A stretch of 64,000 nt of DNA from Planctomycetota bacterium (GTDB taxonomy: Bacteria; Planctomycetota; GCA-002687715; CAIWVZ01), in the NCBI GenBank assembly GCA_044222185.1, contig JBGANV010000001.1, positions 1,920,001 to 1,984,000 of the forward strand. The letters are read 5' to 3'. The translations under genes and the position numbers were made by a program. The notes beneath the pieces were generated by a model, which saw nothing but the letters and a program-made list of their open reading frames with translations, had not been told where the DNA came from and did no database searches. Positions within the stretch are counted from its first letter, which is position 1, and each line of letters begins with the position of its first letter. Shown piece by piece: positions 29,604 through 38,272 of this stretch.

Positions 29604-32600
29604 ATGCTCTCCAGCATCCTCGAAGTCTCGGTTCGTCGTCGCACGGTCGTCGTCGCCGTCGTCGCGGGCTTGGCCGTGATCGGAGCCGCGAGCCTTCGCA
29701 GTCTCTCGATCGACGCCGTCCCGGACATCACGAACAACCAGGTCCAGATCAACACGCTCGCCCCGTCGCTCTCGCCGAACGAGGTCGAGAAGCAGGTGAC
29801 GTTCCCCGTCGAGACGGCGCTCGCCGGCATCCCGGGACTCGAGCACACCCGGTCGCTCTCCCGCAACGGCTTCTCGCAGGTGACCGCCGTCTTCACGGAT
29901 TCGACGGACATCTACTTCGCGCGCCAGCAAGTCAACGAGCGATTGATCGAGGTACGCGAGTCGCTCCCCGCCGACGCGGAGCCCCACATGGGCGCGATCT
30001 CGACGGGACTCGGCGAGATCTACATGTGGACGGTCGGATTCGACCACCCCGACGGCGAGGGCGCGATGGTGGTGGACGGCAAGCCGGGCTGGCAGTCCGA
30101 CGGGTCATACCTGACGCCGGAGCGCGAGTCGCTTCGAGGCGCGACGGCGCAGGCCGCGTACCTCCGCACCGTGCAGGACTGGATCATCCGCCCACAGCTG
30201 AAGGGATTGCCTGGAATCGCCGGCATCGACGCCATCGGAGGCTTCGCGAAGCAGTATCACGTCCAGCCGGATCCGCTGAAACTCATGTCGTTCGGCATCA
30301 CCTTCGACGCGATCATTCATGCGCTCGAGCGGAACAACGTGAGCACAGGTGCGGGCTACGTGGAACATCACGGCGAGTCCTACGTCGTCCGCGCGGCAGG
30401 CCGGCTCACTCACCCAGAGGAGATCGGCGCGATCGTCGTGGGCGAGTCACACGGTGCGCCGATCCGGATCCGCGACGTGGCGTCGACGACGATCGGCCGC
30501 GAGCTGCGCACGGGAGCCGCTGGCGAGAACGGCCGCGAAGTGGTGGTCGGCACGGCCCTCATGCTGATCGGCGCGAACAGCCGCGAAGTCTCCGATCTCG
30601 TCGATCGGAAGTTCCCGGAGATCCGGCGGAGCCTTCCCCCCGACGTCCACGCGAAGACGGTCCTCAACCGGACGCGCCTGGTCGACACGACCATCGAAAC
30701 CGTGAAGACGAACCTCTTCGAGGGCGCGGTGCTCGTCGTCGCCGTCCTCCTGGCGATGCTCGGGAATCTCCGCGCGGCACTCATCTGCGCTGCCGCAATC
30801 CCGCTCTCCATGCTCATCACCGCGACGTGCATGGTGAAGGCGCGACTGAGCGGAAACCTGATGTCGCTCGGCGCGCTCGATTTCGGCCTGATCGTGGACG
30901 GTGCCGTCATCATCGTCGAGAACTGCATCCGCCGGCTCGGCGAGGCGCAGCACCGCCTCGGGCGGCTCCTGACGCTGCGCGAGCGTCTCGGCGAGGTCAC
31001 GTCGGCAGCGCGCGAGATGGCGCGCCCGTCGGCATTCGGCCAGGCGATCATCATCACCGTCTATCTGCCGATCCTCACGCTCTCCGGCATCGAGGGGAAG
31101 ATGTTCCGCCCCATGGCCGAGACGGTGATCATCGCGCTCGTCGCCGCGTTCGCCCTGTCACTCACGTTCGTACCCGCGATGACTGCGATCCTCGTCCGTG
31201 GTCCCGTGTCCGAGCGCGAGAACGCCATCGTGCGCGGCGTGAAGGCGCTGTACCGGCCGACCCTCACGACGGCGCTTCGATTCCGCGGGCTGACGGTCGT
31301 CATGGCTGCAGCCGGGCTCCTCACGGCGGCGGGCCTCTTCACGCGTTTGGGATCCGAGTTCGTTCCGACGCTCGACGAAAGCGACATCGCCATGCACGCC
31401 ATGCGCGTCCCGAGCACGTCGCTGACGCAGTCCGTCGCGATGCAGGCGAGCGTCGAACGTGCATTGGCCTCGCTGGAGGAAGTCGCGTTCGTCTTCTCGA
31501 AGACGGGAACGGCCGAGATGGCGTCCGACCCCATGCCCCAGAACGTCTCGGACACGTTCATCATGCTGAAGCCGCGCGACCGCTGGCCCGACCCGAGGCT
31601 GCCGAAGGCGGAACTCATCGCTCGCATGGCGGAGACGATCGAGCTTCATGCGCCGGGGAACGCGCTGGAGTTCACGCAGCCGATCCAGATGCGATTCAAC
31701 GAGCTGATCGCCGGCGTGCGCAGCGACGTGGCCGTGAGCGTGTTCGGCGACGAGTTCGAATCGATCGGCAACGCGGCAACCGCGATCGCCCGGGTGCTGC
31801 GCGGCGTCCCCGGGGCCGCCGACGTGAAGGTCGAGCAGTCGGAGGGCCTGCCCGCCGTGAGCATCGACGTCGACCGCGAGGCGGCAGGGCGGCTCGGTCT
31901 GAACGTCGCCGACGTCCACGACGCCGTCGCGATCGCCATCGGCGGGCGGACGGCGGGGCAGATCTTCGAGGGCGACCGTCGGTTCGACATCGTCGTGCGA
32001 CTCGACGAGAGCCTCCGCACGGACGTCGACGAGATCCGCCGCATCCCCGTGCCGCTGCCGCGCGATGCGGACACGACGCCGGACTCCGAAGGCGACGCGC
32101 ACGGAAACGGCGACGCCGCGCGATCGATTCCCCTGGGAACGGTCGCATCCATCGAGCCGTCGGTCGGACCGAATCAGATCAGCCGCGAGAACGGCAAACG
32201 CCGCGTCGTCGTCCAGGCCAACGTGCGCGGGCGCGACCTGGGCTCCTTCGTCGCCGAGGCGCAATCGCGCATCGAGGGGGCGGTCCGGCTTCCACCCGGG
32301 TCGTGGCTCGGATGGGGCGGCCAGTTCCAGAACCTGGTCGCCGCGCGCCAGCGCCTCGCGATCGTGGTGCCCCTTTGCCTGCTCGCGATCCTGGCGCTTC
32401 TCGCGGTGACTTTCGACTCGCTCCGTGACGCCATCATCGTCTTCACGGGGGTCCCCTTGGCGCTCACCGGGGGAATCGCGGCGTTGTGGCTTCGGGACAT
32501 GCCCTTCTCGATCACGGCCGCAGTCGGATTCGTCGCGCTGTCGGGGGTCGCCGTCCTGAACGGCCTCGTCCTGGTGTCGATGTTCCGCTCTCTTCGCGGC

Positions 32601-32882
32601 GGTGGCCTCGATCTCTCCCTGGCGATCGTCGCCGGAAGCCTCACACGGCTGCGCCCCGTGCTGATGACGGCCCTCGTGGCGTCGTTGGGCTTCGTCCCCA
32701 TGGCGCTCGCGACGGGCCCCGGGGCGGAGGTCCAACGGCCGCTCGCGACCGTCGTGATCGGGGGGCTCATCAGCAGCACGCTCCTCACCCTCGTGGTCCT
32801 GCCGGCGATCTACTCCCTATGCGCCCGAAGGAGCGCGGGTCCGACCGACCCTGCCGCAAGCCCGGCGTCCCCGCCCGCGTGA
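29604..32882 (+). CDS. czcA: Heavy-metal RND efflux pump, CzcA/CusA family
   Basis: IDAVPDITNNQVQ, NLMSLGALDFGLIVDGAVIIVEN, FTQPIQMRFNEL, RLRPVLMTA and AEVQRPLA motifs. Confidence 0.95.
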   Translation: MLSSILEVSVRRRTVVVAVVAGLAVIGAASLRSLSIDAVPDITNNQVQINTLAPSLSPNEVEKQVTFPVETALAGIPGLEHTRSLSRNGFSQVTAVFTDSTDIYFARQQVNERLIEVRESLPADAEPHMGAISTGLGEIYMWTVGFDHPDGEGAMVVDGKPGWQSDGSYLTPERESLRGATAQAAYLRTVQDWIIRPQLKGLPGIAGIDAIGGFAKQYHVQPDPLKLMSFGITFDAIIHALERNNVSTGAGYVEHHGESYVVRAAGRLTHPEEIGAIVVGESHGAPIRIRDVASTTIGRELRTGAAGENGREVVVGTALMLIGANSREVSDLVDRKFPEIRRSLPPDVHAKTVLNRTRLVDTTIETVKTNLFEGAVLVVAVLLAMLGNLRAALICAAAIPLSMLITATCMVKARLSGNLMSLGALDFGLIVDGAVIIVENCIRRLGEAQHRLGRLLTLRERLGEVTSAAREMARPSAFGQAIIITVYLPILTLSGIEGKMFRPMAETVIIALVAAFALSLTFVPAMTAILVRGPVSERENAIVRGVKALYRPTLTTALRFRGLTVVMAAAGLLTAAGLFTRLGSEFVPTLDESDIAMHAMRVPSTSLTQSVAMQASVERALASLEEVAFVFSKTGTAEMASDPMPQNVSDTFIMLKPRDRWPDPRLPKAELIARMAETIELHAPGNALEFTQPIQMRFNELIAGVRSDVAVSVFGDEFESIGNAATAIARVLRGVPGAADVKVEQSEGLPAVSIDVDREAAGRLGLNVADVHDAVAIAIGGRTAGQIFEGDRRFDIVVRLDESLRTDVDEIRRIPVPLPRDADTTPDSEGDAHGNGDAARSIPLGTVASIEPSVGPNQISRENGKRRVVVQANVRGRDLGSFVAEAQSRIEGAVRLPPGSWLGWGGQFQNLVAARQRLAIVVPLCLLAILALLAVTFDSLRDAIIVFTGVPLALTGGIAALWLRDMPFSITAAVGFVALSGVAVLNGLVLVSMFRSLRGGGLDLSLAIVAGSLTRLRPVLMTALVASLGFVPMALATGPGAEVQRPLATVVIGGLISSTLLTLVVLPAIYSLCARRSAGPTDPAASPASPPA

Positions 32883-33030
32883 GCTCCGGGCCTCTCCCGT
32901 ATGCGACCCCATGGCGTCGCCCGCCCAGTCCGGCGAAGCGGGGCCGAACCTGCCACCAGGCGGTTGAACGGGCGGGTGCTTGCTGCCAACGTACCGGCCC
33001 CCGTTTTTCGCCCGGGGGTCCGACCGATCC

Positions 33031-33795
33031 ATGCGCCGCCCTCTCATTGCCGGAAACTGGAAGATGAACATGGGCCACCGCGACGCCATCCGCCTCGCGG
33101 AGGGCCTCCTCGCGGGGGTCGACGTCCCGCCCGATCGCGATTGCGCGATCTTCCCCCCGTTCACGAGCCTGGCACGCGTCGCCGAAATCCTCCGGGACAC
33201 GGCAATTCGCGTCGGAGCCCAGAACTGCTGGTGCGACGAGGATGGCGCCTTCACCGGCGAGATCTCAGCGAACCTCGTTCGCGAGGCCGGCGGCACCATG
33301 GTGATCCTCGGCCACTCGGAACGACGCCACGTCGTGGGCGAGACGGACGAGCTGATCGCGAAGAAGGTCAAGGCCGCGTTGAGGCATCGGCTGCGCGTCG
33401 TGTTGTGCGTCGGAGAGACGCTGGCCGAACGCGACGGTGGACGGACGTTCGACGTCGTCCTGCGTCAGGTCCGCGATGACCTTCGCGGACTGAACGACGA
33501 TGCCATGCGCAACGTCGTCCTCGCGTACGAACCCGTCTGGGCCATCGGCACCGGCAAGACGGCGTCCCCCTCACAGGCCCAGGAAGTGCACGCGAGGATC
33601 CGCGCCGAGTTGCGCACGCTCTTCGGCGCCCCCGTGTCGGAGGACTGCACGATCCTGTACGGCGGGAGCGTGAAACCGAACAACATCGACGGCTTGATGG
33701 CGATGCCCGACATCGACGGCGCGCTCGTCGGCGGTGCGAGCCTCGACGAGGCCGATTTCCATAGGCTCGTGTGGTTCGAGTCCACACCAGGTTGA
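33031..33795 (+). CDS. tpiA: Triosephosphate isomerase
   Basis: AGNWKMN, GHSERR, AYEPVWAIGTG, YGGSV and LVGGAS motifs. Confidence 0.98.
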   Translation: MRRPLIAGNWKMNMGHRDAIRLAEGLLAGVDVPPDRDCAIFPPFTSLARVAEILRDTAIRVGAQNCWCDEDGAFTGEISANLVREAGGTMVILGHSERRHVVGETDELIAKKVKAALRHRLRVVLCVGETLAERDGGRTFDVVLRQVRDDLRGLNDDAMRNVVLAYEPVWAIGTGKTASPSQAQEVHARIRAELRTLFGAPVSEDCTILYGGSVKPNNIDGLMAMPDIDGALVGGASLDEADFHRLVWFESTPG

Positions 33796-33805
33796 GAGTC
33801 CAGAT

Positions 33806-34036
33806 ATGGCTATTCTGTCCCCCATCCTCTATGTGCTCTTCTCGCTGCTGTCGATCCTGCTCACGGCGATCGTGCTCGTGCAGGAAGGCAAGGGCGGCGG
33901 ACTTGGTGGGGCGTTCGGCGGCGCGGGCGCAGACATGTTCGGCCACGGTGCCGGTGGCATCAACAAGGCGACGGGGGTCATCTTCGGCGTGCTGTTGGTG
34001 ATCACCGTCGTCATCGGTGTGATCGAAAAGCACTGA
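33806..34036 (+). CDS. secG: Preprotein translocase subunit SecG
   Basis: Two TM helices flanking VQEGKGGGLGGAFGG; tpiA-secG synteny. Confidence 0.92.
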   Translation: MAILSPILYVLFSLLSILLTAIVLVQEGKGGGLGGAFGGAGADMFGHGAGGINKATGVIFGVLLVITVVIGVIEKH

Positions 34037-34045
34037 TTCCTGCCC

Positions 34046-34615
34046 ATGTCCGACGACGTCCTCGACCTCTTCCGTGCTCAGCAGGCCCTGCTCGAGGGAC
34101 ACTTCCTCCTTTCGAGCGGGCTGCACTCGTCGCGCTACATCCAATGCGCGCGTGTCCTCATGGTCCCGTCCATCGCCGAGCGCCTCTGTCGCATGCTCCG
34201 CGAACGCTGGACGGGCGAGATGCCGGACGTGATCGTGGGACCGGCGCTCGGCGGCGTCGTCGTCGCATATGAGCTGGCTCGCGCCTTCGGTGTCCCCGGG
34301 ATCTTCGCGGAGCGGGAGAACACGCGCTTTGCGATTCGCCGGGGCTTCCGCGTGGACGCGGGGCAGAAGGTGATCGTCGCCGAGGATGTTGTGACGACGG
34401 GAGGCTCCGCTGGGGAAGTGCTGGAGCTCCTGAAGGGGATCGGCGCCCACCCGATCGGCGTCATGAGCCTCATCGCCCGCACCGAGAAGAACCCGTTCAC
34501 CGTCCCCTACGTCTCCCTGGCGACGGTCATTCCGCCCACGTGGACGCCGACGCAGTGCCCGCTTTGCCTCACCGGGAGCGCGGCCATCAAGCCCGGCTCA
34601 CGCCCGGGGATGTGA
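34046..34615 (+). CDS. pyrE: Orotate phosphoribosyltransferase
   Basis: GHFLLSSGLHS and EDVVTTGGS (PRPP-binding) motifs. Confidence 0.94.
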   Translation: MSDDVLDLFRAQQALLEGHFLLSSGLHSSRYIQCARVLMVPSIAERLCRMLRERWTGEMPDVIVGPALGGVVVAYELARAFGVPGIFAERENTRFAIRRGFRVDAGQKVIVAEDVVTTGGSAGEVLELLKGIGAHPIGVMSLIARTEKNPFTVPYVSLATVIPPTWTPTQCPLCLTGSAAIKPGSRPGM

Positions 34616-34622
34616 GCCTGAC

Positions 34623-35528
34623 GTGCCGCGGAGCATGACAGGCTTCGGCGCGGCCGTTCGCGACGGGGCCGGGCGACGCGTGACGGTCGAAGCCAAGTCT
34701 GTCAACCATCGCTTCCTGAAGTCCCAGTTCCGGCTTCCGCTCGCCCTGCAATCGTTGGAGCCCGACCTCGAGACCGAGGTCCGGACACGGCTGACCCGCG
34801 GGGCGATCACCGTCAGCGTTCACGTGTCCGCGCTGCCAGGGGACACGGGTGCCGCGATCGACGAAGCCCGCGTCCGAGCGAACCACGACGCACTCCTTGC
34901 GATCTACCGGTCGCTCTACCCGGACGCGGCGCCGCCCGAGCCCATGCGGGTCATCGAGGCCGCCCTCCGCCAGCCCGGCGGCACCTCGGCCGCCGACGAG
35001 GCCGAATCGACGACCGACGAGCTACGGGACGTGGCGCGGCGGGCGACGGTCGAGGCCCTGGATGCCCTCACGCGGAGCCGCGATGCGGAGGGCGCGAAGA
35101 CGGCATCCGAACTCCGACTGCACGGTGCACGAGTCGCCACGTTGCGTGCGGCGATCGCCGAACGCTCCCCCCTCGTCACGCGGGAGAATCGGGACCGCTT
35201 CGCCACGCGCGTGAACGCCCTCTTATCCGAGGTGAGACCTGGACTTACGATCGACGACACGGTCTTGATGCGCGAGGCGGCGGCATTTGGAGAGCGGTGC
35301 GACGTCAGCGAGGAACTCCAGCGCCTCGCCGCACACCTGGATCTGTTCAACCGCCTCCTCGACGACGGCGCGGATGTGGGACGGCGTCTCGACTTCCTCC
35401 TGCAGGAGATGCTGCGCGAGGCGAACACGATCGGCTCCAAGGCGAGCGACCTGTCCATCGCCCACTCCGTGGTTGAGGCCAAGGCGGAAATCGACAAGAT
35501 GAAAGAACAGGTCCAGAATCTTGAGTAG
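34623..35528 (+). CDS. yicC: YicC/YloC family endoribonuclease
   Basis: SMTGFG, SVNHRF, GRRLDFLLQEMLREANTIGSK and EQVQNLE motifs. Confidence 0.94.
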   Translation: MPRSMTGFGAAVRDGAGRRVTVEAKSVNHRFLKSQFRLPLALQSLEPDLETEVRTRLTRGAITVSVHVSALPGDTGAAIDEARVRANHDALLAIYRSLYPDAAPPEPMRVIEAALRQPGGTSAADEAESTTDELRDVARRATVEALDALTRSRDAEGAKTASELRLHGARVATLRAAIAERSPLVTRENRDRFATRVNALLSEVRPGLTIDDTVLMREAAAFGERCDVSEELQRLAAHLDLFNRLLDDGADVGRRLDFLLQEMLREANTIGSKASDLSIAHSVVEAKAEIDKMKEQVQNLE

Positions 35529-36111
35529 GCTTCCCGTCCTCGTCCTCAGCGGCCCCAGCGGCGTCGGCAAGAGCTCCGTCATTGCGGAGCTGTTGCGGCA
35601 CGAGCGCTGCCGCCTCGCGGTGTCTGCCGCGACCCGCGCGCCGCGCCCGGGTGAGGTCGACGGGGTGCACTATCGGTTCATGACGCCATCCTCGTTCCAT
35701 GACCTCGTTTCCAGAAATGCCCTCCTCGAACACGCCGAAGTCCACGGTCACTGCTATGGCACGCCCGTGGAGGAGGTCGATCCCTGGGTCGCCAGCGGAT
35801 GGACCGTCCTCCTCGACATCGACGTCCAGGGATATCGAAGCGTCAAACGCCTGCGCCCCAGCACGGTCGGAGTCTTCATCAAGCCGCCGTCGTTCGAGTC
35901 CCTCCGGGATCGCCTGCAGCGCCGCAAGAGCGAGGATGCTGCGGCCATGGAACGGCGCCTCGACCACGCCCGCCGAGAGCTCGCCTTCGCTCACGAATAC
36001 GAACACGTCGTCATCAACGACGACCTTGCCCGCGCGGTTCACGAGATCGAAGCCATCGTCGGCATCGAAGCCCCGTCGGACCCGAACCGCCTGACCTCAA
36101 ACCGCAAGTAA
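35521..36111 (+). CDS. gmk: Guanylate kinase
   Basis: SGPSGVGKS, TRAPRPGEVDGVHY and IDVQG motifs. Confidence 0.95.
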   Translation: MSRLPVLVLSGPSGVGKSSVIAELLRHERCRLAVSAATRAPRPGEVDGVHYRFMTPSSFHDLVSRNALLEHAEVHGHCYGTPVEEVDPWVASGWTVLLDIDVQGYRSVKRLRPSTVGVFIKPPSFESLRDRLQRRKSEDAAAMERRLDHARRELAFAHEYEHVVINDDLARAVHEIEAIVGIEAPSDPNRLTSNRK

Positions 36112-36118
36112 CCGAGAC

Positions 36119-36451
36119 ATGATCCACCAACACAAGCTCGACGACCTCTACGGACAAGTCGGCGGCGTCTACAAGACGACCGTCCTGATCCAGAAGCGCC
36201 TGCGCGAGCTCAACCGAGGTGCCCGCCGGCTCGTCCATGAAGAGGACAAGAGCCCCATCGCCACCGTGATGCGCGAGATCGAGGGCAAGAAGCTCGACCT
36301 GCTGGCCGACACCGAGGAGAACCGCGAGCTCATCCGGACCGAGATCGAGCGGATGACGACGGATCAGCCGCGCGCCATCGACGTCGAGCCCACCACGAGC
36401 GAGGACGAACTCGAGCGCCGGATCCTGACGGCCCTGAACAAGACCCGCTGA
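36119..36451 (+). CDS. rpoZ: RNA polymerase omega subunit
   Basis: VGGVYKTTVLIQKRLRELNRG..PIATVMREI; gmk-rpoZ-coaBC synteny. Confidence 0.82.
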   Translation: MIHQHKLDDLYGQVGGVYKTTVLIQKRLRELNRGARRLVHEEDKSPIATVMREIEGKKLDLLADTEENRELIRTEIERMTTDQPRAIDVEPTTSEDELERRILTALNKTR

Positions 36452-36512
36452 GGCGCGGCCTGAAATCCGCCCCGGGTCGCGGCCGTCGCGCCCGAGGGCC
36501 GGGAGCGTCCCG

Positions 36513-37061
36513 ATGACCCGCCCCCACGTCCTGCTCGGCGTCACCGCCAGCATCGCCGCCCACCGGGCCCTGGACCTCACGTCCGAGCTCACGAAATCGG
36601 GCATGGACGTCAGCGTCGTGATGACGCGAAACGCCCAGGAATTCGTGCGACCGCTGGCCTTCGAAGCCCTTTCGCGCCGCCCCGTCCGGACCGATTTCTT
36701 CGGCCCGGATCGCGCGCCAGCCCATGAACACATCGACCTGGCCGCGACGGCGAACCTCTGCGTGATCGCCCCGGCGTCCGCGGACGTCATCGCCAAGCTG
36801 GCCCACGGCCTCTGCGACGACCTGCTGACGACCGTGACCTACGCGTATTCCGGCCCCCGCATCGTCTGTCCGGCCATGAACTGGCGCATGTGGCAGAACC
36901 CGCTGACGGCCAGGAATCTGGACACCCTGAAGGGGCTTGGCTTCGACGTCGTCGACCCCGATTCCGGCGACCTCGCCTGCGGCGAGCAGGGCCCGGGCCG
37001 CCTCGCGGCCCTGCCGAGGATTCTCGACCGCATCCGCCTGCACCTCGGGGTCGGCGGATGA
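36513..37061 (+). CDS. coaC: Phosphopantothenoylcysteine decarboxylase
   Basis: GVTASIAA, HIDLA, PASADVIAK, PAMNWRMW and LACGEQGPG motifs. Confidence 0.92.
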   Translation: MTRPHVLLGVTASIAAHRALDLTSELTKSGMDVSVVMTRNAQEFVRPLAFEALSRRPVRTDFFGPDRAPAHEHIDLAATANLCVIAPASADVIAKLAHGLCDDLLTTVTYAYSGPRIVCPAMNWRMWQNPLTARNLDTLKGLGFDVVDPDSGDLACGEQGPGRLAALPRILDRIRLHLGVGG

Positions 37062-37699
37062 ACCTGCTGGTCACCGCCGGGCCGACCCACGAACCCATCG
37101 ACGACGTCCGGTACGTGGGGAATTCGAGTAGCGGGCGACTGGGGTTCCTGATCGCCGAGGTTGCGCGCCACCGGGGTCACGCGGTGACGCTCGTCGCCGG
37201 TCCCTGTGCCCTGGCGGACCCGGCCGGGATCTCCGTGATCCGGGTGACGACGGCGACCGAAATGCTCGCGGCATGTCAGGCGGCGTTCCCGACGGCCGAC
37301 GCACTGGTGATGGCGGCAGCCGTCGCCGACTATCGACCGCGCGACCGCATCGTCGGGAAGATGAAGAAGGGGGCGGACGACCTCGTCCTGCACCTCGTCA
37401 AAAATCCGGACGTCGTCGCCGAACTCGGTAAGATGTCGCGCGGTCAGGTCATCGTGGGGTTTGCCCTCGAGGCCGCTCCGCCTGCGGAGGCGGAAGCGCT
37501 CGCGCGCGGCAAGCTTCGCAACAAGCATCTCGATCTCGTCGTGTTGAACCACCCTGGGTCGCTCGGTGGGTCGGATGCTGTCGGGGTGACTCTCATCACC
37601 GAGCGGGAGGCGGTCTCGCTCGGCAACGTCGACAAGCGTCGACTCGGGGAACGGCTCGTTCGCTTCGTCGAAACGCGCCAGCTCTCCGAGGGTCGTTGA
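37058..37699 (+). CDS. coaB: Phosphopantothenate-cysteine ligase
   Basis: LVTAGPTHEPIDDVRY, NSSSG, AAAVADY and VGFALE motifs; ATGA overlap with coaC. Confidence 0.92.
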   Translation: MNLLVTAGPTHEPIDDVRYVGNSSSGRLGFLIAEVARHRGHAVTLVAGPCALADPAGISVIRVTTATEMLAACQAAFPTADALVMAAAVADYRPRDRIVGKMKKGADDLVLHLVKNPDVVAELGKMSRGQVIVGFALEAAPPAEAEALARGKLRNKHLDLVVLNHPGSLGGSDAVGVTLITEREAVSLGNVDKRRLGERLVRFVETRQLSEGR

Positions 37700-37777
37700 A
37701 TGCGCTCACGCGGTTGAACGAGTGCGCAACGGGCACTTGCGGCGGCATCGTCCGTCAGTTCGAGATGGGGAGACGAA

Positions 37778-38272
37778 ATGGACCAGCCGGTCTCGACGGC
37801 AAGCTGGCAGATCCGGGTCGGCGTCCGCCGTGACCCGTCCGCTGCCGATCTCCCCTACCCTCGATACATGACCGACGGGGCAGCGGGCGCCGACGTCTTC
37901 GCGGCCGTCGAGTCACCGATCACGGTCCGCATGGGCGAGATCCACCGGATCCCCACGGGCCTCTTCCTCGAGATTCCAGAAGGGTTCGAAGCCCAGGTAC
38001 GAGCTCGATCGGGCCTCGCGCTCAAGAGCGGCATCGCGCTCGTGAACGCGCCGGGCACCATCGACTCCGACTATCGCGGCGAGTTGGGCGTGATCCTCAC
38101 GTGCCTCAGCAACACGCCCTGCGTGATCGAGCGCGGCATGCGGATCGCACAGCTCGTCTTCACGCGCGTCGCCCGCGCCGAGTTCATCGCTACGGACGCC
38201 ATCGGCACCACCGTTCGCGGCTCGGGGGGATTCGGACACACGGGCCTTGGTTCGGAAGCGAGTCGAAAGTGA
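37778..38272 (+). CDS. dut: dUTP diphosphatase
   Basis: AAGAD, RSGLA, GTIDSDYRGE, RIAQL and RGSGGFGHTG motifs. Confidence 0.96.
   Translation: MDQPVSTASWQIRVGVRRDPSAADLPYPRYMTDGAAGADVFAAVESPITVRMGEIHRIPTGLFLEIPEGFEAQVRARSGLALKSGIALVNAPGTIDSDYRGELGVILTCLSNTPCVIERGMRIAQLVFTRVARAEFIATDAIGTTVRGSGGFGHTGLGSEASRK

Noticed and set aside
30026-32735. Long alternative-frame ORFs inside czcA (800 aa and 525 aa)
   Set aside because: Arg/Gly-rich frame shadows of a well-conserved gene
32969-32984. GG-N10-GC (cGGgcgggtgcTTGCT) upstream of tpiA
   Set aside because: Poor -24 match and no accompanying palindrome; shows that chance matches occur in this GC-rich DNA
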